The translations under genes were made by a program, and so were the position numbers. The notes under the pieces are model-generated. The model made no database searches. It saw only the letters and a program-made list of their open reading frames with translations, and was not told the DNA's origin. From NCBI GenBank assembly GCA_963804085.1, contig CAWDOQ010000016.1:64001-128000 (forward strand): DNA of 64,000 nucleotides. The letters run 5' to 3'. This stretch comes from Chlamydiia bacterium. Its GTDB lineage: Bacteria > Chlamydiota > Chlamydiia > Chlamydiales > Rhabdochlamydiaceae. Below are positions 49,943 to 59,916 of the stretch, one piece after another. Within the stretch, counting starts at the first letter, position 1, and every line of letters begins with the position of its first letter.

Positions 49943-51252
49943 GTGTCACACATGCGCTATCTCCCTTACCCGATGCAATAACCAAGATCTCCTGCAGCTA
50001 CCTGGATCTCGGGAGCTTGCTGAGGCTAGACTGCGTAAGCAGCAAGTTTCATGCCCTAACCCCCTTGATCGAAAAAGATCTGCCCAAAATCCGCGCGCTT
50101 GTACGGAATAGAGGATGGCATGACATAGGGATTAGCCTGATCAGCGAAAGCAATGGAGAATCGCGCATTCATCCCATCGGCAAAGAGAGTGTTATCGTCG
50201 ATCCGTTTGAAGCAGATGATCCCAGGATGTTCCTCTTTCGTAAGGGCTCAACCGAAAAACCATTACTATTCGAAAATGAGTCTTTAGCCGGAAAGTCCGA
50301 AAAGCGGATCTTCTCTCTTACGAATGAGAAAGTGCATGTGCGTGACCCCCAAGGCACCTTATGGTGTGCGATTCCTTACTCAGATGGATGTGCAGTATAT
50401 CCCCTCTCTTCTTCTGATGGCCAAGAGCGCGTTCTGCTCTCTCTTAACGATAGGATAGAAGTTTGGGATATCTCAGAAAAGCAAGCGCCAAAAAAAATCC
50501 AAAGTCATAAGCTTCTCCTTCCCATAAACGACGAAATACTACTCGGCGCTGTTTTAGCCATTCTTACCAATAGGAATGGAGAGGAAGATAGAGTCACGCT
50601 CTTCGCCTTTGATCTGAAAAATTTGGAAAAACGCCCTACGCTCATTTCCCATCCTAAACATGGTAGATTTTACAAAAAAGATCACTATTCATCTAACAAC
50701 TCGAGCCATCTCTTTTTACAAGGAGAGCAGAATAGTCTAGTTGCTTTCAAAGCGATAAATGGCACTTTAGAATACATGTGGGAAATTCCCAACCCCAGCG
50801 GGATATGCTGCGCAAGTGAGAAGTGGCTTATTATTTTGCGTAAAGACACCGCGGGTTTTTTAAACAATTTGCAAGTTTTAGAGCTTCAAACAGGTGAAAT
50901 TTCCATGTATAAAAAAAGAGAGCGCAGCACATTAGATTTCTGGGGTGATAATATCTTATCAAAGAGAATTGGAAGGAACATTGACTTCTTCTATCTTCCC
51001 GAATGGAGGCATATCTATACTTACGAAATCGAAGACACCCTTAAAATCGAAGACATCTCTTTTCAAGATGACCAGCTACTCATCCTACACAAACTCTCCA
51101 CAGAAGAACAGCGCGCCACGAGCCTCCCCATCTTCATCTCAACTCAATCCGAAAACAGCAGCCTCTGCGACAAGATATACGCCGCTTTTTCGCTCCTTTG
51201 TTCCTGGCTCCAAGCCCTCTGGCAATTCATTACAAATAAGGGATGTTTATGA
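49939..51252 (+). CDS. F-box-like + beta-propeller-like protein, paralogue 2
   Basis: LPDAITKISCSYLDLGSLLRLDCVSSKF; VWD, LELQTG; amphipathic C-terminus. Confidence 0.7.
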   Translation: MSVTHALSPLPDAITKISCSYLDLGSLLRLDCVSSKFHALTPLIEKDLPKIRALVRNRGWHDIGISLISESNGESRIHPIGKESVIVDPFEADDPRMFLFRKGSTEKPLLFENESLAGKSEKRIFSLTNEKVHVRDPQGTLWCAIPYSDGCAVYPLSSSDGQERVLLSLNDRIEVWDISEKQAPKKIQSHKLLLPINDEILLGAVLAILTNRNGEEDRVTLFAFDLKNLEKRPTLISHPKHGRFYKKDHYSSNNSSHLFLQGEQNSLVAFKAINGTLEYMWEIPNPSGICCASEKWLIILRKDTAGFLNNLQVLELQTGEISMYKKRERSTLDFWGDNILSKRIGRNIDFFYLPEWRHIYTYEIEDTLKIEDISFQDDQLLILHKLSTEEQRATSLPIFISTQSENSSLCDKIYAAFSLLCSWLQALWQFITNKGCL

Positions 51253-52619
51253 CTGGAATGCATGCACTATCTCCAATACCCGATGCGGTCACCAAGATCT
51301 CCTGCAGCTACATGGATTTGAAAAGTCTAGCTAATCTTGCGAATGCGAGTAGGCGCCTTTCTGTGATGGCCCATACTTGTAACTCGGACCTGGCAAAGAT
51401 TCAGGCCGTAGCAGGTAAATGCGGCCGCGATCTGGGATTTGGCGTTACTCATGATTTTAAATCTGCTGCCCATTTCGGAATTCACAACCAAAAATCGGAT
51501 TTTAAACATTTAGCATGGAAAGAAGAGAGCGTACATTGTATGCAGCTTTTTCCTGATCAGATCCTGCTCCAAAACGCATATTCCCTAGGATCTTGTGCTC
51601 GTTATCTATTCACAAGCAATAGCGATCGCAAGAATGTGCAAGTACGCAATAGAAAAGGCGATATACTCTCCACAATAGAAGCAAAAGGGCCTCAACAAGC
51701 GATTTATTTTGCCCCTTCTCAAGGACGGGAGCAGGTCACAGTGACGGAATCTTGGACGCATAAACTCATGGTTTGGGAGATCACTCAAATAAATGCACCT
51801 CAAAAATTGGTTGAGCACTCTCTACAAGACTTAGTAAAAGATGATTCTGACTTTCAACTTACTGAAGGCTTTGAATTTGGTAATTTGCTGATCGGATCCG
51901 TGTTCTTTAATAAAACATTTCTTAAGCTTCTCTATACTTTTGATTTAAGCAACCCCGAGCTTCCACCCAAGAAGCTCGGGCATCCTAAAAACCACTTATT
52001 TGATGACGTCAAAAAACATTCCGACCAGTTATTCGGGATGACGAATGACCGAACACATATGGTTGCCTATCAGATAGTAAATGGAAGAGTAGAGCTCCTC
52101 TGGGAAACCGATGTAAAAACTTATGGCGTTGCTCGAGCATACTTGCGCCGTGTCAATGACCGGTGGGCAGTCTGCGAGCATGATAAAAGAGGTAAAAAAG
52201 ACGGCATTTTGGTACTAGATGCAAAAACCGGTCAAAAACGAGGCGATTTTACCCCCTCTTTTGACGCTTACCTTTACAACTGCGAGATATGGGGTAATGA
52301 CATCCTAGTTGCAGACTTGCGAACTGGAAATAAAGTGGCTATGTGCCAGCTTCCCCTAGGAGAACCTCTTTTTGTTCTAGAACAAGAGCAATGCAAGCAT
52401 CTCCTAAATAAATCTGCGAATAAACAAGAATTGACACTCGTATACCAGCAAAAGGAGAGCGAACTTGTCCGCGGCGTCAGCTGGAGCGCTCCTCTTGCTG
52501 AGACAAGCATAGCGAGCTTGCCCGCTACAGATCCTAGCTTCTTGGAAAACATCTATAGCTGCTTCGCCAAACTCTTATCCCACTTTACGGACTTCTGGCG
52601 CTGGCTCTTCACATTCTAG
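51249..52619 (+). CDS. F-box-like + beta-propeller-like protein, paralogue 3
   Basis: IPDAVTKISCSYMDLKSLANLANASRRL; VLDAKTG; C-terminus nearly identical to paralogue 1. Confidence 0.7.
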   Translation: MTGMHALSPIPDAVTKISCSYMDLKSLANLANASRRLSVMAHTCNSDLAKIQAVAGKCGRDLGFGVTHDFKSAAHFGIHNQKSDFKHLAWKEESVHCMQLFPDQILLQNAYSLGSCARYLFTSNSDRKNVQVRNRKGDILSTIEAKGPQQAIYFAPSQGREQVTVTESWTHKLMVWEITQINAPQKLVEHSLQDLVKDDSDFQLTEGFEFGNLLIGSVFFNKTFLKLLYTFDLSNPELPPKKLGHPKNHLFDDVKKHSDQLFGMTNDRTHMVAYQIVNGRVELLWETDVKTYGVARAYLRRVNDRWAVCEHDKRGKKDGILVLDAKTGQKRGDFTPSFDAYLYNCEIWGNDILVADLRTGNKVAMCQLPLGEPLFVLEQEQCKHLLNKSANKQELTLVYQQKESELVRGVSWSAPLAETSIASLPATDPSFLENIYSCFAKLLSHFTDFWRWLFTF

Positions 52620-53989
52620 AGGACTTCCGCGGCCAAAGCTGCTAGCTGCGATCTTTCCGTACGCTCTAAAAAGATATGCCCGAAGATTGGAAACTTTTTA
52701 AATTTGCCAACGATGAATGTGAGCGCGTTGGAGTCCTTGTCCAGATAGGGATTGTCGATCTGGGTGGCATCTCCCGTAAGAATCACCTTTGTTCCTTGAC
52801 CTGCGCGCGAGACGATCGTCTTTACCTCGTGAGGAGTTAGGTTTTGCGCCTCATCGATGATTATGTACATTTTGGGGAGCGATCTTCCGCGGATGTAGGT
52901 GACCGCTTCCATCTCGATTTTGCGGCTCTCCATGATCCACTTTTGCGTCTCGACACCGTTGCCCTCTCCACTCGTCGACTGGCAGAGAAACTCCAGGTTG
53001 TCATAGATCGGCTGCATCCAGTGAAAGAGCTTCTCCTCTTTTGTGCCGGGAAGATAGCCGATATCTTTTCCAAGTGGGATGACAGGCCGGCTGACTAAAA
53101 TACGTGTGTAGAGCGCCTCGTCGAACACCTTGCGTAAACCTGCGGCTAGCGCCATCAACGTCTTGCCTGTTCCTGCCGGCCCGACTAGAGTTACAAGTTT
53201 TATATCATCGCGTAAAAGAAGATCGAGCGCGCACTTTTGTTCTAGGTTAAGTGGCAAAATTCCCCAGATATCACGCGCGATTTTGAGGAGAGGCTCCAAC
53301 CGCTTTGTAGTGGGGTTATATTTGGCAATAGCTGAGGACTGCTCGGGAGAGGTAAGCATGCAGTATTCGTTGGGAAGAAAGTCTGTGATTTGTGTAGCAA
53401 GAGAGCCATCTTTAAAAAATAGATCGATATCTCTTTTTGGGACCTCTATTTTTCTGTATCCGCGATACATCTTCTCATAGGAGTCCTTCATGCTTTCATA
53501 GTCTTGCGCTTCGATGCCGATCGCTTCGGCTTTAAGACGCATGACAGAGTCTTTTGAGACGAGGACCACCTTTTGCCCTGCACCCTGAAGCTGAAAGGCA
53601 TTATATAAAATGCGATGGTCGTTGCGATCTTGTGAAAGAGGGAAGGGCCTTTTATCACCCGCTATTCCCTTCATCTCTATCAGGACGCGGACCACGATCC
53701 CATTTTCGATCTCGATCCCTGTGTGGAGATTGGCACCCGGCCGTTTTAGCTTAAGACTATCTAGATAGCGGACCACATGGCGCGCATTCTTCCCAAGCTC
53801 ATCGGAGAGGCGCTTCATCTTATCGAGCTCCTCTAAAACGGCAAGAGAGAGAACCACATCATTGCCCTTAAATTTTCCAATAGCATCGGGATCTTGTAAT
53901 AGAACGTTGGTATCGACGACAAAGGTTTTCCTATCCACTAAAGACTCCTTAGAGTGTGTTTGCAAAGTCATTTCATTTATCTGTAGCAC
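52616..53989 (-). CDS. PhoH-family protein (PIN + PhoH ATPase, PhoH2 type)
   Basis: VVDTNVL PIN start; GPAGTGKT, GYLPG, YIRGRS, IIDEAQN. Confidence 0.93.
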   Translation of the reverse strand: MLQINEMTLQTHSKESLVDRKTFVVDTNVLLQDPDAIGKFKGNDVVLSLAVLEELDKMKRLSDELGKNARHVVRYLDSLKLKRPGANLHTGIEIENGIVVRVLIEMKGIAGDKRPFPLSQDRNDHRILYNAFQLQGAGQKVVLVSKDSVMRLKAEAIGIEAQDYESMKDSYEKMYRGYRKIEVPKRDIDLFFKDGSLATQITDFLPNEYCMLTSPEQSSAIAKYNPTTKRLEPLLKIARDIWGILPLNLEQKCALDLLLRDDIKLVTLVGPAGTGKTLMALAAGLRKVFDEALYTRILVSRPVIPLGKDIGYLPGTKEEKLFHWMQPIYDNLEFLCQSTSGEGNGVETQKWIMESRKIEMEAVTYIRGRSLPKMYIIIDEAQNLTPHEVKTIVSRAGQGTKVILTGDATQIDNPYLDKDSNALTFIVGKFKKFPIFGHIFLERTERSQLAALAAEVL

Positions 53990-54136
53990 CGGGTATACAC
54001 TCGCTTAAAATTATTACTACCACAAGCTGGAGCATATACAGCTCGATATCACAAAACAATCATTTTTACTAATGTATTTACAATCAATAACTTATAAAAC
54101 AAATTCAGCAATCCAAACAGGCAACTGCTAAATTTA

Positions 54137-54165
54137 TTGACCTTGAAAACCCCTTTCTGTAGAAT
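54137..54165 (+). promoter_or_regulatory. Sigma66/sigma70-type promoter
   Basis: TTGACC-17 bp-TAGAAT upstream of the 54204 ORF. Confidence 0.65.
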
Positions 54166-54203
54166 GGCATTTAAAATGATCTAATTTTTATTGAGGAGAC
54201 TCT

Positions 54204-54884
54204 ATGAAAGTAAACAATAAAGTATTAAGCATCCCTCCTTACATTTCTACTTCATGGCAAAACGTCGCTTCCCTACACGTCGAAAACAGACAGTCTCACC
54301 CACTTCTCGTGATCAATCTTCATTCGGGTGCGCACATTGAGATACCCCAATTGGACTTTCCGCTTATCGACGCCATCTTTAATGCGCACGCTAAGTTCTT
54401 AGAACAGGAGCAGCTCTCCATCTCCTTTAAAGGTCCTTTTCCTCCGGGCGCTCTTGCTATGGGTGGACCTGCCGGCATGGAAAGTATCGGTTTTGTGCAG
54501 CACAACCCGGATCAAAAAGATGCTCCCGAACTTCCACCCGAAGTGCTCAGCAAGATCGCCCTGCTAGCAAATACCATGAGTCCGCAAGATCTCGCCTCTT
54601 TACCCCAAGCAGAGCCTCATTGCAACTGCCCGCACTGTCAGATCACCCGCGCTATGCAGGAGGCGATCCAAAATGGAGATCCTGTCTTATCAGATGAAGA
54701 AGCGGTTACAGAAGAGGATCTTCGCTTCCGCACATGGGATATCCACAAAGCTGCGGACAAACTCTACGTTGTTACAAATCCTTTGAATGAGAAGGAAAAG
54801 TACAACGTCTATCTCGGAAATCCCGTCGGTTGCACCTGCGGAGAGAACGGTTGTGAACACGTCCAAGCTGTCCTGAAAAGTTAA
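54204..54884 (+). CDS. Conserved chlamydial protein (CT016-like), Cys-rich
   Basis: LSIPPYISTSW, HCNCPHCQI, VYLG.P.GCTCG...CEH; divergent from the PhoH gene. Confidence 0.8.
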   Translation: MKVNNKVLSIPPYISTSWQNVASLHVENRQSHPLLVINLHSGAHIEIPQLDFPLIDAIFNAHAKFLEQEQLSISFKGPFPPGALAMGGPAGMESIGFVQHNPDQKDAPELPPEVLSKIALLANTMSPQDLASLPQAEPHCNCPHCQITRAMQEAIQNGDPVLSDEEAVTEEDLRFRTWDIHKAADKLYVVTNPLNEKEKYNVYLGNPVGCTCGENGCEHVQAVLKS

Positions 54885-54963
54885 GCAGCTCTCTTTTTTA
54901 TGGTGTAAAAAAAAGCCACCTCCTAGAATGGCGTTTTAGTATAAATTAGGAGGAGCTACAACC

Positions 54964-56223
54964 ATGTCTAGGTTTTCAACGTTTTTTGCTGCATCACTTT
55001 GCACTTTCTCTTTAACAAGTCTCGTTGCAGATGAGGTAAGCTCTCTGCCCTTAGCAACGGAAGAGATCGCACTGCCTGTCGTGGCCGCTGACACCTCTTC
55101 TGCAACATTGGCAGCTCCCGTTCAAGCAGACGCCAAGCAAGAGGCAGTAGCTGCTGCACCTGCCGCTCCTAAAGCACAAGAGATCCCCGTCTCCCCTTTC
55201 ACCGGAAAAGTGAAAGCAAAAAAAGTGAGACTCCGATTAAAAGCCGATCTGGACAGCCAAGTGATCCGCGAGCTTGGCAAAAATGATCTTCTCTCCGTTG
55301 TTGCAGAGAAGGGAGATTTCTGGGTGGTGCAAGCTCCGGCTGGCATCAAAGCCTACGTCTTCCGCAGCTTTGTACTCGACAATGTGGTAGAAGGCAACCG
55401 CGTCAATGTGCGCTTAAATCCTGCCTTAGACGCTCCTGTCATTGCCCATCTCAATGCGGGCGACAAGATTCAAGGCAACATCTGTGCTGCTAACAACAAA
55501 TGGCTCGAGATCGCGCCTCCTGCGCAAACAAAGTTTTATGTGGCTAAAGAGTATATCGAAAATGCCGGTGGACCGGAAGTAATGGCACAAACAGAGAAAC
55601 GCCGCACATCTGCGCATCAGCTCTTTGAGAGCGCTACAGCACTCGGCAAAGCAGAGCTCAAAAAAGCTTTTGCTGATGTGGACATCGACCGCCCTTCTCA
55701 GTGCTACAAGACGATCATCAACGACTACACAGACTTCCCGGAGTATGTCGAGCAAGCTAAAGAAGCACTTGCCGGCTTGCAAGAGGCCTATTTGCAAAAA
55801 AGGATCTCTGGCTCACATGCAAAAGCAACTTCACTTGATGAAGATTTCTCTTTCAAAAAAGAGGAGCGCACCTCTGTTTCTGCGCTCGACGCCACAGATA
55901 AGATGAAGATGTGGGAGCCGATTGAAGATGCGATCTACCTCTCTTGGACCTCTATGAACGAAGAGCAGAGTATCGACCAGTTCTACGATGAGCAGAAGCT
56001 GACAGCTGCAACGATCTCCGGCATGCTCGAAGCTTACAGCGATCCTGTGAGAAACAAGCCGGGCGACTTTATCGTGCGCCAAGGCGAGCTTCCTGTAGCT
56101 TACGTCTACAGCACGAGTGTCAATCTGCAAAATCTTGTCGGGAAAAAGGTGACCCTCGTAGGCACACCTAGACCCAACAACAACTTTGCCTTCCCTGCTT
56201 TCTACGTCCTCTCAGCTGAGTAG
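54964..56223 (+). CDS. SH3b-domain exported protein (CT017/Ctad1-like)
   Basis: Signal peptide, two SH3-like repeats (VRLR / VNVR), C-terminal RPNNNFAFPA. Confidence 0.8.
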   Translation: MSRFSTFFAASLCTFSLTSLVADEVSSLPLATEEIALPVVAADTSSATLAAPVQADAKQEAVAAAPAAPKAQEIPVSPFTGKVKAKKVRLRLKADLDSQVIRELGKNDLLSVVAEKGDFWVVQAPAGIKAYVFRSFVLDNVVEGNRVNVRLNPALDAPVIAHLNAGDKIQGNICAANNKWLEIAPPAQTKFYVAKEYIENAGGPEVMAQTEKRRTSAHQLFESATALGKAELKKAFADVDIDRPSQCYKTIINDYTDFPEYVEQAKEALAGLQEAYLQKRISGSHAKATSLDEDFSFKKEERTSVSALDATDKMKMWEPIEDAIYLSWTSMNEEQSIDQFYDEQKLTAATISGMLEAYSDPVRNKPGDFIVRQGELPVAYVYSTSVNLQNLVGKKVTLVGTPRPNNNFAFPAFYVLSAE

Positions 56224-56230
56224 TCTTCTA

Positions 56231-56346
56231 TGGAGTGCGGCGACTTGTCGCCGCTTTTCTCCGCCGGGACTTGTCACGGCGCTTTACGAAAAAAGAGCAG
56301 CGACAAGTCGCTGTCTGTGAAAGCGGTGACAAGTCACCGCACTCCA
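56231..56346. repeat. MITE/REP-like element, family C copy 1
   Basis: TGGAGTGCGG...CCGCACTCCA terminal IRs with internal GCGACWWGTCGC palindromes. Confidence 0.9.
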
Positions 56347-56357
56347 AATTAAGAGTT

Positions 56358-57133
56358 ATGGAATTAGAGAATGGGCGACGCGCATCTTAAGCGCAGACAC
56401 ATTAGAGGAAAAGCTGCTAGATCCGGGAACTTTCACCGATAACGATCCAGGACCTGCGCTTTTCTGGAAAGAGCCTGTTCGCCCGGCTAACATGTCCTTC
56501 AAACGGCATACAAGCAAAGAAAAACTTCCCACCTTTGCCGATCATGGCGACCCTGACAAGCGCGCGGTCTGTCTGCACCGTTTTGCAGGGCATGAACTTC
56601 TCGCTGTCGAGATCATGGCCTATGCGCTACTCGCATTTCCTGACGCTCCTAAACACTTCAGACGCGGCGTGGCCAATACTTTGCGCGAAGAGCAGGGGCA
56701 TGTGATGCTCTACATAAAGAGGATGGAGGAGATGGGGCTAAAATTTGGCGACCTTCCCCTCTATCGCCACTTCTGGTCGCACGTTCCCTTTCTCACCTCA
56801 CCTATTCGCTACATCAGCGTGATGAGCCTTACCTTTGAGATGGCAAACCTCGACTTTGCTCCGCTCTACGGCAACTCCTTTTTAAAGCATGGGGATGAGG
56901 CATCCGCGCTCTTAATGAAGCAGATTTTGGAAGATGAGATCGCTCACGTCTCCTTCGGATGGGGCTGGCTGAAAAAATTCAAAAAAGAGGAGCTCTCCAC
57001 TTGGGAGGCTTGGCGAGAAAGCGCGCCGCCCCTCCTTACCCCCGATCGCGCTCGCGGCTTGGTCGTATTTGAAGAGAATCGACAAAAAGCTGGCATTCCG
57101 CCAGAATGGATAGAAAATTTTAAAATGCTATGA
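56358..57133 (+). CDS. Ferritin-like DUF455 family protein, frameshift near 56367
   Basis: LHRFAGHELLAVE, EEQGH, EMANLD, DEIAHV; adding one A after ATGGAATTA gives MELREWATRIL in frame with ORF 56492-57133. Confidence 0.8.
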
Positions 57134-58647
57134 AACTCGCTTCCATCCAGTCTTGTGCCTTTGTCGGATTAGAGGCGCTTGCGGTCGATGTGGAAGCAGA
57201 CACAAAGAAAGAAGAGAAAGGCTTCTTCCTCATTGTCGGGCTTCCCGATACGGCCGTTAAAGAGTCGAAAGACCGCGTCCTGACCGCTCTTAAAAACTCC
57301 CATTTTAAATGCGACGGATGGCAGTGCACACTCAACTTAGCTCCCGCCGACCTTAAAAAAGAGGGAGCGCTCTACGACCTTCCGATTGCGCTCGCACTAC
57401 TTCTTTCGCAAGGGATCATCAAAGAAACAAATCAGCACGATTACCTAACCGTGGGCGAACTATCGCTTAGTGGCGAGACGCGCCCGATGCGAGGCGCCCT
57501 TCCCGCAACTCTTCTTGCGCGCAAGATGGGCAAACGCGGGATCATCCTTCCCAAAGCCAACTACGAAGAAGCGCAAGCTGTTCCCGATATCGAGATCATT
57601 GGTGTGGGGACACTTTTGGAGGCGGTCGAGTTTTTAAAAAATCCTAGCTTATACTCCCCTCCCAAAAGCAGCACTCTGCAAAAAAGCCAGTCTAAATCTG
57701 CGACTCTGGATCTTGCCGAGATCAAGGGACAGCTACAAGTGAAGCGCGCACTAGAAATTGCAGCAGCAGGAGGACACAATCTCCTCTTTTATGGACCGCC
57801 AGGAACCGGCAAAACACTCATCGCCAAAGCGATGGCGGGCATCTTGCCTCCCCTTTCTCTTGAAGAGGCGCTCGAGGTGACGCAGATCCATTCGCTCGCA
57901 GGTCTTTTGCAAGAGGGTGGACTGGTTGAGAAGAGGCCTTTTCGCAATCCGCATCATACAATAAGCGCTGTCGGCATGGTCGGAGGAGGCAAGATGCCGC
58001 GCCCGGGCGAACTCTCCCTATCTCATCGCGGCGTCCTCTTTTTGGATGAGCTCCCTGAATTTTCTCGCTACACATTGGAAGTGCTGAGGCAGCCTTTAGA
58101 AAATGGATCTGTCACCGTCTCGCGTGCAAGTGCATCAGTTACATTTCCGACGCAGTGTCTGCTGATCGCTGCGATGAACCCGTGCCCCTGCGGCTTTCTT
58201 GGCCACCCGCAGAAGCCGTGCAAAGACACCCCCTCTCAGATCCAGCGCTACCGCAGCAAGATCTCCGGCCCACTTCTCGATAGGATCGACATGCACATCG
58301 CCGTCTCCCCTCTTTCGTTTGATGAGATGCAGCTTGGAAAAGAAAAGAGCGAGAGCTCAGAGACAGTGCAAGCAAGAGTGATCCTTGCGCGTGAAAAGCA
58401 AAAAGAGCGTTACCGGAGTATAAAGTGCAATGCACACATCTCGCCACAAGAGCTCCAAGAGCACTGCCAACTTCAAAAAAGCTCGCTCTCGCTCATGCGC
58501 CAAGCAATGGACAGCTTGAGCCTATCTGCACGCGCCTACCACCGCGTTTTAAAAGTGGCACGCACGATCGCCGACCTCGCCTCGCTTCCCCATATCGAAG
58601 AGGAGCACCTCATGGAGGCGCTCAGCTACCGCTCTTGGGATAGTTAA
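57130..58647 (+). CDS. comM: YifB/ComM Mg-chelatase-like AAA+ ATPase
   Basis: IVGLPD.AVKES, NLAPADL.KEG, GPPGTGKT, FLDELPEF, MNPCPCG, SGPLLDRID. Confidence 0.92.
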   Translation: MKLASIQSCAFVGLEALAVDVEADTKKEEKGFFLIVGLPDTAVKESKDRVLTALKNSHFKCDGWQCTLNLAPADLKKEGALYDLPIALALLLSQGIIKETNQHDYLTVGELSLSGETRPMRGALPATLLARKMGKRGIILPKANYEEAQAVPDIEIIGVGTLLEAVEFLKNPSLYSPPKSSTLQKSQSKSATLDLAEIKGQLQVKRALEIAAAGGHNLLFYGPPGTGKTLIAKAMAGILPPLSLEEALEVTQIHSLAGLLQEGGLVEKRPFRNPHHTISAVGMVGGGKMPRPGELSLSHRGVLFLDELPEFSRYTLEVLRQPLENGSVTVSRASASVTFPTQCLLIAAMNPCPCGFLGHPQKPCKDTPSQIQRYRSKISGPLLDRIDMHIAVSPLSFDEMQLGKEKSESSETVQARVILAREKQKERYRSIKCNAHISPQELQEHCQLQKSSLSLMRQAMDSLSLSARAYHRVLKVARTIADLASLPHIEEEHLMEALSYRSWDS

Positions 58648-58651
58648 AGCT

Positions 58652-59611
58652 TTACGCTGGAAATGTTTCTGCCACGCCGAGCGACGAATCATTATATCTG
58701 AAGTTTTTGGACGCGTAAACATCAAGAGCACCAAGAGCACCTAGAGTGGAGTTGCCAACAGCCACATACTTAGGATCGTCCGGGGATTCTTCGTCTTCTA
58801 TAATGTCGCAGGTGCGCGTACGGATCCAGTTGGGTGCTCCAGGAAAGAGACAGATCTTATAGCAGGCATAGTGGGCAACTGTGCTTACTGTGATCCAGAG
58901 CGCTTTTCCAAGCTTTTGCGGGTAATCGCGTCTTACCTGAAAGGCATTCTTTGCGCGACTACCTGGATCTACATCCTTTTGCATCCAAACCCATAGGGAT
59001 TTGCCCTGAGCTTCGTGTCCTCTTTTTTGTGAAACAAATGGCCAAATATTCAACCGCATACCGCTCTTTTCTGCAATAGGCGCGAAGGTGTTAAAGCAAA
59101 GCGGCTCTCCATTCACAGTAGCGGGAATCAAGGTCAGCGTATGAGTCTCTTTTAGCTTGGCAACTGTTCTGTGGATGCGAGCAGATAGGCGCGGTGCGAT
59201 TCCCGGATCTGCTTTTAAATGCTCTTTCCACTCTTTAACGCCAAAAGCCATAGAAGGAGGGACAGGATTAGAAAAGGCCTCTTTGTGCTTGCCTTCGGGA
59301 AGTGTGTAGCTCACTTGCTCTCGCGTGCATAGGACTTGCCAGACTCTATCCGGCATCTTCCACCCTTTACAAACCGTTTCGCATCTTCCTATCTCTTCTG
59401 GTTCCAGGAACATCATGGTCTGGCGAAAAGCATCCGGATAGTCTCGCGCGATATTAACGCTAGCAGGTAGTTCAGCAAAAAGCTGGCTTATCCAGGCGCA
59501 AATCGCATTCCAGATTGCAGCAATGCGATCGATTAGCTCTAGATAGCAGGGATTTTCTTCTATTATTGTTGAGCCTGATTTTATAGGATTTAAACCTATT
59601 GCTTGTGTCAT
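58652..59611 (-). CDS. F-box-like protein (putative effector)
   Basis: YPDAFRQTMMFLEPEEIGRCETVCKGWK, preceded by an amphipathic helix. Confidence 0.65.
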   Translation of the reverse strand: MTQAIGLNPIKSGSTIIEENPCYLELIDRIAAIWNAICAWISQLFAELPASVNIARDYPDAFRQTMMFLEPEEIGRCETVCKGWKMPDRVWQVLCTREQVSYTLPEGKHKEAFSNPVPPSMAFGVKEWKEHLKADPGIAPRLSARIHRTVAKLKETHTLTLIPATVNGEPLCFNTFAPIAEKSGMRLNIWPFVSQKRGHEAQGKSLWVWMQKDVDPGSRAKNAFQVRRDYPQKLGKALWITVSTVAHYACYKICLFPGAPNWIRTRTCDIIEDEESPDDPKYVAVGNSTLGALGALDVYASKNFRYNDSSLGVAETFPA

Positions 59612-59686
59612 AGACGAGAATTATACCAGAATGATGAGAAACATCAAAACAGTAACGCGTAGTAATAATAAAGATTTTATTAGGTA

Positions 59687-59803
59687 TGGAGTGCGGCGAC
59701 TCGTCGCCGCTTTTCTCTGCCACGACTTGTCGCGGCATATCTTGAAGAGAAGAGCAGCGACGAGTCGCTGTCTATGAAAGCGGCAACGAGTCGCCGCACT
59801 CCA
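59687..59803. repeat. MITE/REP-like element, family C copy 2
   Basis: TA-TGGAGTGCGG...CCGCACTCCA-TA, colinear with 56231-56346. Confidence 0.9.
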
Positions 59804-59842
59804 TATAAGAAGGATCAACTCTTCAGGGCTAACAATTCTTTT

Positions 59843-59916
59843 AATGACCTAAGAGACATAAAGGACTAAAGGACGGAATTAGTGTCGTTTGCGTCTTTTT
59901 GGTCGTTTAGGTCGTT
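59843..59916. repeat. 9-nt-periodic GAC/GTC imperfect palindrome overlapping the rmuC 3' end
   Basis: GAC at 59846, 59855, 59864; GTC at 59884, 59893, 59902, 59911. Confidence 0.7.

Noticed and set aside
48500..52619. Diversity-generating retroelement behind the paralogue variation
   Set aside because: No reverse transcriptase in the window and no template/variable repeat pair with adenine-specific differences was seen.
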